A DNA stretch of 64,000 nucleotides from Gammaproteobacteria bacterium. Lineage in GTDB: Bacteria; Pseudomonadota; Gammaproteobacteria; Steroidobacterales; Foliamicaceae. The notes beneath the pieces are model-generated. The model had not been told where the DNA came from and made no database searches. It worked only from the letters and a program-made list of their open reading frames with translations. Shown here piece after piece: positions 1-10,489 of the stretch. A program made the translations under genes and the position numbers. Numbering within the stretch: position 1 is the first letter of the stretch; each line of letters opens with the position of its first letter. Where the stretch lies: NCBI GenBank assembly GCA_026707445.1, contig JAPOWV010000023.1:18641-82640 (forward strand). The letters run 5' to 3'.

Positions 1-1355
1 TTGCCGGCGTGGAATTCCGCCGCGAGACCTTTGAAGACGATCGCGACCCGAGGCTGGACGGCACCATCGTGTTTACCGACTACCAGGGCGATACCTATCC
101 CTACGTCTCCGACGTGGTCAATTCCAGCCCCACGCCCGACGGTTCGGGCGACCGGAACGTAACTTCACTGTTTACCGAACTGCAATTGCCGCTGATGAAC
201 AACATCGACGTGCAGCTTGCCGCGCGTTACGAGAATTTCTCCGACGTCGGAAGCACGGTGGTGGGCAAAGTTGCCGCAGGCTGGCAGATTTCGCCGACGC
301 TTCTCCTGCGCGCGTCCTGGTCGGAAGCATTCCGGGCGCCCAACCTGGTAACGATAAACGAGGAAATCGTTGCAAGGCAGAACACCCGCAACGATTATGC
401 GTGCCTGTATGCAGCCTTAAATGGCGGCGATCCCGAACAGGACACACTGGATTGCCGCAACAGCACCCAGCGGATCGCGCAGGGAAGCTCGCTGCTGGAA
501 CCCGAGCGCTCCGACAACTATTCGATCGGCATCGCAGTCCAGCCCATGGACACGCTGACGCTCACGCTGGACATGTGGTCCATCAAGAAGGAAGACACGA
601 TCGGCCTGCTGGGCGAAGAGAACCACACCGTGCTCGACCTGCTGATGCGCCTGAGAAACGGGCCCGGCAACTGCGGCGGCGAATTCAACCCGGCCGTGGT
701 GCGCGAAACGGAAGTCGCCGATGACGAGGCGGCGATCTACCGGGCGGCGGGCATCTGTCCGGGCGGCCTGATCCGCTACATCGACGACAAGTACGTCAAC
801 CTGGATACGCGTACGCTCCGCGGCTGGGACGTAAGCCTTCGCTATGCGCTCGAAACGCGGGTGGGCGATTTCAACCTGACCTACCTGGCTTCTTTCCTGA
901 CCAAGTTCGATCAGGTGCCGGGCGGCCAGGCCGCCGAACTCGTTGCCGCCAAGGAAGAAGGCCTGATTCCGGCGAGCATTCCCGTAGCCGGCTTCGCGGA
1001 TCTGCTGCAGAGGGACGGCAACCAGAAGGCCCGCCACACGCTGTTTCTCAGTTGGCGGCGGGACCCGTTGCGCGTCGCCCTTTCAGGCCGCAATATCGGG
1101 AACTTCTACCAGAACTCGCTGACCCTGAATGACGGGCAGTTGTACTGGATTCCGTCGGTCACAACCTGGAACGCCACCGTTGACTACAACTGGGAACTGG
1201 CCGACAGGGACTGGCGGCTGCGGCTGGGCGTCAACAACGTGTTCGACAAGCGGGCGCCGCTGGCGGACCGCTTCTTCGGTTACTTCGCCGACGCACACCG
1301 CGACTTCGGCCGCAACTATTACCTGCAGCTGCGCGTAACGCAGGACAACGACTAG
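1..1355 (+). CDS. TonB-dependent receptor, C-terminal beta-barrel part (5' end outside window)
   Basis: Frame open to window edge; TBDR-like strands LLLRASWSEAFRAPNL and terminal FGRNYYLQLRV. Confidence 0.8.
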   Translation, partial: AGVEFRRETFEDDRDPRLDGTIVFTDYQGDTYPYVSDVVNSSPTPDGSGDRNVTSLFTELQLPLMNNIDVQLAARYENFSDVGSTVVGKVAAGWQISPTLLLRASWSEAFRAPNLVTINEEIVARQNTRNDYACLYAALNGGDPEQDTLDCRNSTQRIAQGSSLLEPERSDNYSIGIAVQPMDTLTLTLDMWSIKKEDTIGLLGEENHTVLDLLMRLRNGPGNCGGEFNPAVVRETEVADDEAAIYRAAGICPGGLIRYIDDKYVNLDTRTLRGWDVSLRYALETRVGDFNLTYLASFLTKFDQVPGGQAAELVAAKEEGLIPASIPVAGFADLLQRDGNQKARHTLFLSWRRDPLRVALSGRNIGNFYQNSLTLNDGQLYWIPSVTTWNATVDYNWELADRDWRLRLGVNNVFDKRAPLADRFFGYFADAHRDFGRNYYLQLRVTQDND

Positions 1356-2200
1356 GTGCCGGCGGCGCGGATAGCGCCCGCCACCAGGTCCACGAAGTCC
1401 GCTTCAGTGCGGACGTGCTGCACGTCCCGTGCGGGCACCGTGTAGCCGTGCTCACTGGCGATGGCGGCATACAGAGGCCGCCGGTGGGCGATCAGGCGCG
1501 GGAAGGCCCACAGCGTGAAATCGTCGGGCGAGGCCTTTTCGATCTCGTCGAGATTCCGTTCCTTCAGGAAATCAGGCAACGAACGCTCGAGAAACCCGGG
1601 CGAGTAATACATGGGCTTGGGCGCCTTGCGGGCCCGTTCCACCAGCTTTTCCTCATCCTCGGTCGATGCCTCGAGGTACAGAATCACGGTGTTGTCAACA
1701 AGAGTCTCAAGCGCTCGCGCGTCGTCCAGTTCGCAAATGCTGCCACCGGCGTCATTCACGAAGTGCATGTAGCCGTAGATACGCTCGGCCTTCTCGATGA
1801 ACGACGCCACGTCGCGCATCGCCCGGGCTTCCGCGTCGCGGTGCAGCTCCTGGCGCCGCCGGAACTCCTTCAGCGGCAGCCCGCCGAGATCGGGATTGCC
1901 CAGCTTGCCCAGGAAGGTGGAGATGGGCCTGAGGTTGTGTACGGTGATGTTGCTTTCAATGTATATGGAATCGCTGCGTAGCAGGTCGCGAAGAAAGGGC
2001 ACTTCCATCGCGCGCAACTTGATGTTGTCGAGTATCGGCTCGCGCAGATACTGGGTGCCGATGCGGTAGTCGCCGGAATAGATGAACCAGCGGGTCGCGG
2101 GCAGGCGGTTGGCGAGCACCGTCTTGCCCACGCCCGACATGCCCATCAGCGTGACGGACTTGCGCGGCGCGTTTCTGAACTCTTCGGCCGACATTCGCAT
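1352..2200 (-). CDS. P-loop ATPase (shikimate-kinase-like family), function unknown
   Basis: Walker A GMSGVGKT near N-terminus; clean 282-aa ORF. Confidence 0.6.
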   Translation of the reverse strand: MRMSAEEFRNAPRKSVTLMGMSGVGKTVLANRLPATRWFIYSGDYRIGTQYLREPILDNIKLRAMEVPFLRDLLRSDSIYIESNITVHNLRPISTFLGKLGNPDLGGLPLKEFRRRQELHRDAEARAMRDVASFIEKAERIYGYMHFVNDAGGSICELDDARALETLVDNTVILYLEASTEDEEKLVERARKAPKPMYYSPGFLERSLPDFLKERNLDEIEKASPDDFTLWAFPRLIAHRRPLYAAIASEHGYTVPARDVQHVRTEADFVDLVAGAIRAAGT

Positions 2201-2266
2201 GGCGCGATTGTATGCGCTGCCGCTCGATTAGAATGTTGCTTCTTTTTTGCTTCCGGGAGGACCAGC

Positions 2267-2749
2267 ATGAGTATCGAGAAAGGTCAGTCAATGCCCGAGG
2301 GCGGGTTTGGCGTCATGACCGACGGCAGCCCCGGCCGGATCACCACCGACGAATTATTCAAGGGCAGGAAAGTGGTTCTGTTTTCAGTGCCGGGCGCGTT
2401 CACGCCCACCTGCTCGAACGAGCACCTGCCGGGATATGTCAACAATGCCGGCGCCTTGCAGGCCAAGGGCGTGGACCAGATCGCCTGCATGGCCGTCAAC
2501 GACGTATTCGTGATGGACGCCTGGGGCCGTTCCGCCGGCGCCGGCGATTCGGTACTGATGCTGGCCGACGGCAACGGAGACTACACCCGGGCGCTTGGCC
2601 TGGAGCTGGATGCTTCCGGATTCGGCATGGGAATGCGCGGCCAGCGTTTCTCCATCGTGGTTGACGACGGGGTCGTCACGGAACTCAACCTGGAAAACGG
2701 CGGGGGGCTGAGCTGCTCTTCGGCCGAGACCGCGCTCGAACAGCTTTGA
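2267..2749 (+). CDS. Peroxiredoxin, Prx5/type-2 class
   Basis: VLFSVPGAFTPTCS peroxidatic-Cys motif; 160 aa, typical size. Confidence 0.85.
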   Translation: MSIEKGQSMPEGGFGVMTDGSPGRITTDELFKGRKVVLFSVPGAFTPTCSNEHLPGYVNNAGALQAKGVDQIACMAVNDVFVMDAWGRSAGAGDSVLMLADGNGDYTRALGLELDASGFGMGMRGQRFSIVVDDGVVTELNLENGGGLSCSSAETALEQL

Positions 2750-3765
2750 GTCAGGACATCCCGGATACCCAGCGGCAGGTACTGCTGAGCCGCTACCCCG
2801 AGGGCGTACCGGAGACGTCCGACTTCAGGCTTGCCGAAGGGCCGGTGCCGCGGCCCGGTGAAGGGGAATTCCTTTCCCGCACGCTTTACCTCTCGCTGGA
2901 CCCCTATCTGCGCGGCGTGATTTCCGGCCGTCACCTGTATGCCGAGAGAGTGCAAACCGGCGACGTCATGCCCGGGCGAACGGTCGCGCAGGTGGTCGAA
3001 TCCCGCCACCCGGACTTCGCTCCCGGCGACATTGCGGTCTGCTCCAACGGCTGGCAGGAATACGGGCTCAGCACCGGCGCCATGGACCTGCGCAAACTCG
3101 ATCCGGAAGCCGCGTCCGTCAGCACGGGAATAGGCATACTGGGCATGCCGGGACTGACCGCCTGGGCCGGACTCCTGCACCTGGGAGAGCCGATGCCGGG
3201 CGAAACCGTTCTGGTGTCGGCGGCGTGCGGCCCCGTGGGTTGCATGGTGGGCCAGTTGGCGCGCATTGCCGGCTGTCGGGCGGTGGGTATCGCCGGCGGC
3301 CCCGAGAAGTGCTCCATCGTGAAGAACGAATTCGGTTTTGCGGAATGTGTCGATTACAAGACCGGCGACCTGGGCGAAAAACTGAAGGCCGCCTGCCCGG
3401 AGGGTATCGACATCTATTTCGACAACGTCGGCGGCAACGTGCTGACCGCGGCCATGGCCAATCTCGCCCAGGGCGCCCGGGTCGTGCTGTGCGGGATGAT
3501 GAGCGGCTACAACAACACGGGACCGCCACCCCCGGGGCCCAGCCTGATCCCGCTGGTCATGGCCCGCGCGACCGTCCGGGGACTGGTGGTCTATGACCAT
3601 GAGGACAAGCAGCAGGACTTTCTCCGCGCCTGCACGCGCTGGCTTCAGGAGGGGCGGATCCGCTACCGCGAGGACATCGCCGAAGGCATCGAAAAAGCGC
3701 CGGAAGCGTTCTGCCGGCTGATGCGCGGCAAGAACGTCGGCAAGGCGCTGGTGCAGTTCGCTTAG
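2746..3765 (+). CDS. NADP-dependent oxidoreductase, MDR superfamily (YncB/CurA-like)
   Basis: Nucleotide-binding VLVSAACGPVGCMVGQLA; C-terminal GKNVGKALV; 4-nt overlap with upstream gene. Confidence 0.8.
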   Translation: MSQDIPDTQRQVLLSRYPEGVPETSDFRLAEGPVPRPGEGEFLSRTLYLSLDPYLRGVISGRHLYAERVQTGDVMPGRTVAQVVESRHPDFAPGDIAVCSNGWQEYGLSTGAMDLRKLDPEAASVSTGIGILGMPGLTAWAGLLHLGEPMPGETVLVSAACGPVGCMVGQLARIAGCRAVGIAGGPEKCSIVKNEFGFAECVDYKTGDLGEKLKAACPEGIDIYFDNVGGNVLTAAMANLAQGARVVLCGMMSGYNNTGPPPPGPSLIPLVMARATVRGLVVYDHEDKQQDFLRACTRWLQEGRIRYREDIAEGIEKAPEAFCRLMRGKNVGKALVQFA

Positions 3766-3778
3766 GCCGGCGCCTGCC

Positions 3779-4345
3779 GTGAGCCGCAAGCCGGGCCTTA
3801 AGGAGGAACTGCTCAGGTTCTGGTTCGAGGAGTCCGGCCCCGAACTGTGGTTCGCGAAAAGCGACGAGTTCGACCAGACGATACGCGAGCGTTTTCTCGC
3901 GTACTACGAGGCCGCCGCGCGCGGCGACTACGATGACTGGCAGAACAGCGGGGCCGGCTGCGTGGCCCTCTGCCTGCTGATGGATCAGTTCCCTCGCAAC
4001 CTGTTTCGCGACGACGCGCGCGCGTTTGCAACCGACGCCAGGGCGCTGGCAGTAGCGCGGCACGCGGTCGACGCGGGGCTCGACGTGGAGGAGGGCATGA
4101 GCAGGGACATGCGGAAGTTCCTCTACCTTCCATTCGAGCACAGCGAGGACCTCGACGACCAGCGGCTTTGCATGAAGCTCATGGCCGAACGCCTGGATCC
4201 CGTCGGAGAGGACCTGGACTGGGCCCGCAAGCACTTCGTCATCATCAAACGCTTCGGCCGTTTCCCCCACCGCAACGAAACGCTGGGACGCGAATCCACC
4301 CCCGAAGAACTGGAGTTCCTGAAAGAACCCGACTCCAGCTTCTAG
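3779..4345 (+). CDS. DUF924 family protein
   Basis: N-terminal LRFWFEESGPELWFAKSDEFD and C-terminal RFGRFPHRNETLGRESTPEE are typical of DUF924; GTG start. Confidence 0.7.
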   Translation: MSRKPGLKEELLRFWFEESGPELWFAKSDEFDQTIRERFLAYYEAAARGDYDDWQNSGAGCVALCLLMDQFPRNLFRDDARAFATDARALAVARHAVDAGLDVEEGMSRDMRKFLYLPFEHSEDLDDQRLCMKLMAERLDPVGEDLDWARKHFVIIKRFGRFPHRNETLGRESTPEELEFLKEPDSSF

Positions 4346-4899
4346 CCCGCGGGGAATGGACAGCTTTCCTCTTTTTCCACCAAGTCGAAGGTGAACAGCA
4401 TCTTGGCCATGCCGGTCAGCACCGCCATGACCATGCCCAGCTCCATGATTTCCGCCGGGCTGAAATGCCGCTTCAGGCGCTCATGCAGGGCCTCGTCGAG
4501 CGAGCCGCCGGGATTCGTGAGCACCATCTGATCGGCGAGGGCGAGAGCGGCCCGCTCGCGCTCGGAGAACGGGCCGCTTTCGTATTCGTCAAGCCGGTCG
4601 ATCTGCTCCTGCCTTACCCCGGCCGCCAGCGCGTCCGGACGGTTGCCCTGGTTGCAGAACCGGCAACCGTGGGTGGTCGAGAGGCGCAGGCGGGCCAGTT
4701 CCTTGATGACCCGCTCCACGCGGCCGCCGTTGAACAGGCGCTCGTAGAACTCGCCGTACCAGTCGTACAACTCCGGCGCGTGCGCCATGATCTCGAACCA
4801 GGTGGCGTCGCCACGAAGCGCCATTGAGCGCTCCCATCCCTGCCGGATGTGCTCCGGCATGGCTTCCGGGGTAACGCGAGGAAGCTGCGGATGCGGCAT
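4342..4899 (-). CDS. Carboxymuconolactone decarboxylase (AhpD-like) family protein
   Basis: CMD-type CxxC segment TTHGCRFCNQG; 185 aa. Confidence 0.75.
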   Translation of the reverse strand: MPHPQLPRVTPEAMPEHIRQGWERSMALRGDATWFEIMAHAPELYDWYGEFYERLFNGGRVERVIKELARLRLSTTHGCRFCNQGNRPDALAAGVRQEQIDRLDEYESGPFSERERAALALADQMVLTNPGGSLDEALHERLKRHFSPAEIMELGMVMAVLTGMAKMLFTFDLVEKEESCPFPAG

Positions 4900-4902
4900 T
4901 CG

Positions 4903-5661
4903 CTACCCGAGCAGGGGAGCCACAAACGCGTGGGCGCCGTGGATCAGGTTACCCATGGTCGCGGCCGCTTCCGGTGCACCGGGTTTGAATATGCCCAGGA
5001 AGGCTTCGATGATCAGACCGGCCCAGATCGCAAACACCCAGGGGCGCACGCGATAGATGCTGCGGCGCATGGCGTCGTCCTGCTCCTGGGTAATAGAACC
5101 CTGGCTCAGCGCGCGCACGCCGGCGATAAACCCGGGGAGGAAGATGCGGATCATTACGCCGCACAGAACCATGAACGCGAAGACGATCAGCTTGGGCGCA
5201 AGCCAGGGCGCCTCATCCAGCCGTCCGGTGGAGACGGACCACCACACGGAAACCACGATCGCGGCAATCAGGAACCAGCGGAACCAAAGGTCCAGTTTGG
5301 TGAGCAACGGCATGAAGCTGGCGTTGTGCCTGAAGTGCATGATCAGCAGCACGGTGAACCACACCGGGCCCAGCAATACGATCATCGCGTACTGCCAGGG
5401 GGGATGGGATACCCCTACGTATTCCGAGAGAATGCCCCCCACGGTAAGCATCATGCTCAGGCACAGGCGCGGCAGGAGGTCGATCCACATCATGATGCGC
5501 GACGCCATGAACCGTTGGTCCGGAGTGTTCGAGCGGTTGAGGATCATTCGGGTGGAATAAAACACGCCGATGTCGCCCCCCAGCCAGTAGGCAAACAGCA
5601 CCAGGTGAAGAATCAGCCAGATGGTGTGGCCGAGATCGCCTTCAGCTCCAGTCATAAACAT
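4903..5661 (-). CDS. Multi-pass membrane protein of unknown function (paralog of 36952..37617)
   Basis: Several hydrophobic helices; shares HLVLFxYWLGxDxGV and WIDLLPRxCL blocks with the second copy. Confidence 0.6.
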   Translation of the reverse strand: MFMTGAEGDLGHTIWLILHLVLFAYWLGGDIGVFYSTRMILNRSNTPDQRFMASRIMMWIDLLPRLCLSMMLTVGGILSEYVGVSHPPWQYAMIVLLGPVWFTVLLIMHFRHNASFMPLLTKLDLWFRWFLIAAIVVSVWWSVSTGRLDEAPWLAPKLIVFAFMVLCGVMIRIFLPGFIAGVRALSQGSITQEQDDAMRRSIYRVRPWVFAIWAGLIIEAFLGIFKPGAPEAAATMGNLIHGAHAFVAPLLG

Positions 5662-5783
5662 TCCCCTCCGTTAATCCGGCGCATAGTGTAGCGTCCAATT
5701 GGACCAATGCCTACCTGTTTACGTGCGCCAAGAGCGGGGTAGAATTCGCCGTTCCGTAACGGCAGCGGAGTTTCCGCGGAAGA

Positions 5784-6536
5784 ATGCGCAAGATACTGGT
5801 AACGCTCAAGCGCGTCGTGGACTACAACGTCCGCGTGCGGGTGAAGCCCGACGGCAGCGGCGTGGCGATCGAGGGCCTGAAGATGAGCGTCAACCCGTTC
5901 GACGAGATCGCGCTCGAGGAAGCCCTACGCATGCGCGAGCGCGGCGAGGCGGGTGAAATCCTGGCCGTGACGATCGGCGGCGACGAGTGCCAGCAGCAGC
6001 TGCGCACCGGGCTGGCCATGGGCGCGGACCGGGCCCTGCTGGTCAAACGCGAAGGCGAGGTCGAACCACTGGCGGCCGCCGGCATACTGCTGGAAGTGAT
6101 CCGGCGCGAAGAGCCGGACATCGTCATCATGGGCAAACAGGCCATTGATGATGACTGCAACCAGACCGGCCAGATGCTGGCGACACTGTGGGGGCGCCCC
6201 CAGGCCACATTCGCATCCGAAGTAAAGCTCAACGGCGATACGGCCCGGGTGACCCGCGAGGTGGACGCCGGCCTGGAGACCCTGGAAGTCCGGTTGCCGG
6301 CGGTGATCACCACCGACCTGCGCCTGAACGAGCCCCGCTACATCAAGCTGCCGGACATCATGAAGGCCCGGCGCAAGCCGCTTGAAACGCTGGCGGCCGA
6401 TGAACTCGGATTGACCGCACCACCCGCGCTGAAGGCCCTGTCGTACGAGCCGCCGGCGCAACGGGAGAAAGGCGTCGTGGTGGACGACGTGCCGGCCCTG
6501 ATCGGCATGCTGCGCGAACGCGGTTTCCTGAGTTGA
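5784..6536 (+). CDS. etfB: Electron transfer flavoprotein subunit beta
   Basis: MRKILVTLKRVVDYNVRVRVK N-terminus characteristic of EtfB; followed by etfA. Confidence 0.9.
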   Translation: MRKILVTLKRVVDYNVRVRVKPDGSGVAIEGLKMSVNPFDEIALEEALRMRERGEAGEILAVTIGGDECQQQLRTGLAMGADRALLVKREGEVEPLAAAGILLEVIRREEPDIVIMGKQAIDDDCNQTGQMLATLWGRPQATFASEVKLNGDTARVTREVDAGLETLEVRLPAVITTDLRLNEPRYIKLPDIMKARRKPLETLAADELGLTAPPALKALSYEPPAQREKGVVVDDVPALIGMLRERGFLS

Positions 6537-6545
6537 GGTAGGGAT

Positions 6546-7496
6546 GTGAGCGCAGTACTCGTAGTCGCCGAGCACGACGGACAGACGCTGCACACAGGCG
6601 TTGCGAGAGTCGCAAGCTGCGGCAAGGCGATCGGCGCGGACCGCCTGGACGTGGCGGTGCTTGGCGAGGATTGCGGCGGGGTGGCACAGCAGGCGGCGCA
6701 AATCGAAGGCGTTTCCCGCGTGCTGTGCCTGGACCGGAGCGAGAACGCAAATCCGGTGGCCGCGGTTCAGGCCCCGCAACTTGCGGCGCTTGCCGGAACA
6801 GGCTACAGCCATGTGCTCGGGCCCTCCACCACCTTCGGCAAGGACCTGATGCCGCGCGTGGCGGCCCTGCTGGGCGTCCCGCAGGTCAGCGACATCATGA
6901 GCGTGGAAGGCGAGCGGCGGTTCAAGCGCCCGATATACGCGGGCAACGCCGTGCTTACCGTGGAGGCACCCGCCGAACACATCGTTGTCGGGACCGCGCG
7001 TCTGGCTTCATGGCCGGCCGCCGCGGAAGGCGGCGAGGCCGACGTTGAGCAGGCGCAAACGGACGCGGAACTGCCGGATCACACAAGCTGGCTGGAACTG
7101 AAGTCGGCCGAGTCCGAAAGGCCCGACCTGCAAAGCGCCAGCGTGGTCGTTTCCGGCGGCCGCGCGCTGGGCAGCTCCGAGAATTTCTCGCTGCTCTACG
7201 ATCTTGCGGACCGCCTGGGGGCCGCGGTCGGCGCATCGCGTGCGGCGGTGGATGCGGGATACGTTTCCAACGACATGCAGGTGGGGCAGACGGGCAAGAT
7301 CATCGCCCCCGAACTGTATTTCGCCATCGGCATTTCCGGCGCCATACAACACCTGACCGGGATCAAGGACGCGGGCGTGATCGTGGCGATCAACAAGGAC
7401 CCCGAGGCACCGATCTTCGAGATCGCCGACATCGGCCTGGTGGGCGACCTGTTTGCGATCGTTCCGGAGATCCAGGCCGCGGTGGAGGGTTCCTGA
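6546..7496 (+). CDS. etfA: Electron transfer flavoprotein subunit alpha
   Basis: FAD-binding signature [31 protein letters not shown]; GTG start. Confidence 0.9.
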   Translation: MSAVLVVAEHDGQTLHTGVARVASCGKAIGADRLDVAVLGEDCGGVAQQAAQIEGVSRVLCLDRSENANPVAAVQAPQLAALAGTGYSHVLGPSTTFGKDLMPRVAALLGVPQVSDIMSVEGERRFKRPIYAGNAVLTVEAPAEHIVVGTARLASWPAAAEGGEADVEQAQTDAELPDHTSWLELKSAESERPDLQSASVVVSGGRALGSSENFSLLYDLADRLGAAVGASRAAVDAGYVSNDMQVGQTGKIIAPELYFAIGISGAIQHLTGIKDAGVIVAINKDPEAPIFEIADIGLVGDLFAIVPEIQAAVEGS

Positions 7497-8363
7497 TTGG
7501 CTGCACTGTTGCTGACCCCCGCGGAACTGCATTCCGCCATCGAGGCCGGCGAGGCCCGGGCGGTGGACTGCCGCTTCGACCTGATGAATCCTGCCGGCGG
7601 GCGGGCGCTCTGGGCCGAAAGCCACATTCCCGGGGCGCCTTATGCGGACCTCGACCACGATCTCGCCGGACACGCGGCGGGCGGGGGAGGGCGCCATCCG
7701 CTGCCCGAACCCGCGGAATTTGCGACCACGCTGGGGCGTTGGGGCATCAAACCCGATACATTGGTAGTGGCATACGACAACATGGGCTGTGCGATCGCCG
7801 GACGTCTCTGGTGGATGATGAACTGGATGGGACACGAGCGCGCCGGGCTGCTGGATGGCGGAATCCAGGCCTGGGAAGAAGCGGGCCTGCCGCTCGAGCG
7901 CGCCGAACCGATCATCGAGCCTGTGGACTACCCGGTCGGCGGCCACTGCCGGCCCGTCGTGGGACTGACGGAAGTGGAGCGCGCAGCGCTTGCCGGCGGC
8001 CTGCGCATGCTGGACGCCCGCGACGGCGCCCGCTACCAGGGCCTGTCGGAACCGCTGGATTCGCAGGCGGGCCACGTGCCCGGCGCGGTCAACGCCTTCT
8101 TCCGCGAGAACCTGGACGCCGGCGGGCGTTTCCGCTCCCCGGACGAACTCCGCAAGCATTACCTGGACCTGTTGGACGGCGCCGATCCCTCGGGCGCCTG
8201 CGTCATGTGCGGTTCCGGAGTCACGGCCTGCCATGATCTGTTCGCCATGGAGCTGGCCGGTCTTGGCGGCGCCGCGCTGTATCCCGGTTCCTGGAGCGAA
8301 TGGTCGCAATCCGACGCCCGTCCCATAGCGCGCGGCCCGGAACCCGGAGGACCCGCCTCATGA
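7497..8363 (+). CDS. Sulfurtransferase (tandem rhodanese, 3-mercaptopyruvate/thiosulfate type)
   Basis: Active-site loop CGSGVTACH; two rhodanese-like halves; TTG start abutting etfA stop. Confidence 0.8.
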   Translation: MAALLLTPAELHSAIEAGEARAVDCRFDLMNPAGGRALWAESHIPGAPYADLDHDLAGHAAGGGGRHPLPEPAEFATTLGRWGIKPDTLVVAYDNMGCAIAGRLWWMMNWMGHERAGLLDGGIQAWEEAGLPLERAEPIIEPVDYPVGGHCRPVVGLTEVERAALAGGLRMLDARDGARYQGLSEPLDSQAGHVPGAVNAFFRENLDAGGRFRSPDELRKHYLDLLDGADPSGACVMCGSGVTACHDLFAMELAGLGGAALYPGSWSEWSQSDARPIARGPEPGGPAS

Positions 8364-8896
8364 TGCTCCGCCCCGCAGAATCCCGATTCTCCCTGCCGGC
8401 CCTGGCCGCGCTTGCGACAGCCTTGCTACTGACCTCCTGCGCCACCACGGACAGCGAAGAATCCGCCGCCTCGCGCCCCGGACGAATCGCCCGCTTCCCC
8501 CACAACATGGCGAGTGGCGATTGCTTCTTCCAGAACCGCATCGACAACTTCGAGGTGCTCAACGAGAGCAACCTGCTGGTCTTCGACGGCCGCAGGCGCG
8601 TCTACCACGTGGAAATCTCGCCGCCGTCCATGGACCTTCGCCATGCCTACGGCATTCAGTTCCGTTCGTCGACCGGCCGGGTCTGCGGCAATCCGGGCGA
8701 GCGCCTGCAGATCAGCGGCGGTTCCTTCGGCGCGTTTCCGCTTTCGGTAACCGGCGTCTACCGGTTGGACGCCGTCGCGCAAACGGCCGTGCGGGCGCAT
8801 TTCGGCCAGGCCGTCGCCCAGCCTCCCCTGCCGGAAGAAGAAGACGCCGGCGCCATCGAAGAACTGGTAACGGAAATCGAAGAAGAGGAGAACTGA
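8360..8896 (+). CDS. Lipoprotein, function unknown
   Basis: Lipobox LLLTSC after hydrophobic signal; ATGA overlap with upstream stop; acidic C-terminal tail. Confidence 0.6.
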   Translation: MMLRPAESRFSLPALAALATALLLTSCATTDSEESAASRPGRIARFPHNMASGDCFFQNRIDNFEVLNESNLLVFDGRRRVYHVEISPPSMDLRHAYGIQFRSSTGRVCGNPGERLQISGGSFGAFPLSVTGVYRLDAVAQTAVRAHFGQAVAQPPLPEEEDAGAIEELVTEIEEEEN

Positions 8897-8898
8897 GT

Positions 8899-9207
8899 AT
8901 GGATAGCGTCATCGTGCTGTTTAACCTGAAGGAGGACGCCGATCAGGCCGAGTACCAGGCCTGGGCGCGCGACCGCGACATGGTGGAAGTCAATCGGCTG
9001 CCGTCGGTGGACCACTTCCGTATCCTGCGCTGTGTCGGACTGCTGGGCGGGACGGATGCGCCACCCTATCAGTACGCGGAGGTCATCGACTTGAACAGCA
9101 TGGAGAAGTTTGGAGAGGACCTTCAGTCGGACGCGGTCGGCCGGTTGGCCACCGAATTCCGCCAGTTCACGGACAATCCGCTCTTCATCCACTGCCAGGA
9201 CCTCTAA
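8899..9207 (+). CDS. Small hypothetical protein (about 102 aa)
   Basis: ATG 2 nt after upstream stop; the longer 8521 ORF start lies inside the previous gene. Confidence 0.5.
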   Translation: MDSVIVLFNLKEDADQAEYQAWARDRDMVEVNRLPSVDHFRILRCVGLLGGTDAPPYQYAEVIDLNSMEKFGEDLQSDAVGRLATEFRQFTDNPLFIHCQDL

Positions 9208-9215
9208 TACTGCGA

Positions 9216-9719
9216 GTGGCCGAGGCAAGCCCCGAACAGGGCCGCACCGTGCGGCGCAGCGGTGGACGGTACTACGAGGAGTTCCGCAAGGGGGACGTGT
9301 ACGAGCATTCCCCGGCGCGGACGCTGACCGAGACCGACAACACCTGGTTCACGCTGCTCACGATGAACACGCACCCGCTGCACTTCGACAAGGAATATGC
9401 GGCGAAGACCGAGTTCGGCCGGCGGCTGATCGTCAGCACGCTGACGCTGTCGGTGCTGGTGGGAATGAGCGTCTCGGACGTGAGCGAGAAGGCCATCGCC
9501 AACCTGGGCTGGGGCGACATCCGCCTGCCGAACCCGCTGTTCATCGGCGACACGCTGTACGGATCGTCCGAGGTCATCCGCAAGCGGCCTTCGAAATCGC
9601 GTCCCAACGCCGGCGTCGTCATGGTGCGCACGACCGGACGCAACCAGCACGGCGACGCAGTCTGCGTATTCGACCGAACCGTGCTCGTGCCCAGGCGCGG
9701 CCACGGCGTTATGGATTAG
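9216..9719 (+). CDS. MaoC-family (R)-specific enoyl-CoA hydratase/dehydratase
   Basis: Hot-dog fold segment DNTWFTLLTMNTHPLHFDKEYA typical of MaoC dehydratases. Confidence 0.8.
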   Translation: MAEASPEQGRTVRRSGGRYYEEFRKGDVYEHSPARTLTETDNTWFTLLTMNTHPLHFDKEYAAKTEFGRRLIVSTLTLSVLVGMSVSDVSEKAIANLGWGDIRLPNPLFIGDTLYGSSEVIRKRPSKSRPNAGVVMVRTTGRNQHGDAVCVFDRTVLVPRRGHGVMD

Positions 9720-9751
9720 CCAGCCACACATGCAAACCGGGAGGGGTCCCA

Positions 9752-10489
9752 ATGAGCGAAATCCTGCAAGTTGACCATGTGAACTATCACGGTCGCATTG
9801 CCTATCTCAGCAAGAAACCGGACCGCATGGACCAGGAACGCGGCCGCGAGCGATTCACGATCACCGTCCACTCCGACGGCCACCGCACCTGCACGGCGCA
9901 GAGCGAGATCGACGACCGGCCCAGCGTGATGCGCAACGTGGCGCTGACGCTGGACCAGAACTGGCATCCGCTGGACTGTTTCGTGCGCATTTCGGTGGGC
10001 GACCGGTTCATGGGCAGCGGCTGGTTCCGGTTTGGCGAGAACGAGGCCGAGTGCGAGACCTGGACGGCCATTGAAGGCCGTGTTTCGCAGAAGATGAGCC
10101 TGATCGAGCGCCCGCGGGCGTTTGTCGATCACGCCATCATCTGCGACTCCTGGGTCCTGAGCATGCTCGATCTCGGCAAGGGTCCGGGCGTGCAGAAATT
10201 CCCGCAGCTGCTGATGTCGTCGCCCGACCACCGCGGCGCCACCGGGCCCATGCTGCACAGCATCCCCACGGCGATCGAGTACGTCGGCGAAGACCGGATC
10301 ACGGTGGGCGCGGGCGAGTTCGACGCCCTGCATTTCCGCTTCGGCGTAAATGTCGGCTTGGCCAACAATCACCCGAAGTACGACGTCTGGTGCACCGCCG
10401 ACGGCCACTACATCTTCCTTCGTGGCGCCGTCTACGGCTACATGATGACCTACTACGAGCTCATGGACCTGGAGGTGGAGCATGGGTAA
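9752..10489 (+). CDS. Hypothetical protein (245 aa)
   Basis: ATG after GGGAGGGG-type RBS; upstream part of the 9110 ORF overlaps the MaoC gene and is Arg-rich. Confidence 0.55.
   Translation: MSEILQVDHVNYHGRIAYLSKKPDRMDQERGRERFTITVHSDGHRTCTAQSEIDDRPSVMRNVALTLDQNWHPLDCFVRISVGDRFMGSGWFRFGENEAECETWTAIEGRVSQKMSLIERPRAFVDHAIICDSWVLSMLDLGKGPGVQKFPQLLMSSPDHRGATGPMLHSIPTAIEYVGEDRITVGAGEFDALHFRFGVNVGLANNHPKYDVWCTADGHYIFLRGAVYGYMMTYYELMDLEVEHG

Noticed and set aside
9110-9751. 5' extensions of called ORFs (9110, 8300, 8521, 31358, 61186, 63237, 24937..25086, 48465..48665, 53128..53247, 39733..39864, 41051..41137, 21566..21802, 20912..21028, 44277..44381).
   Set aside because: The extended parts overlap the neighbouring gene or are Arg-rich junk. 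Internal starts give canonical N-termini (signal peptides, prepilin motifs, family-typical starts) and ATGA or short-gap coupling.
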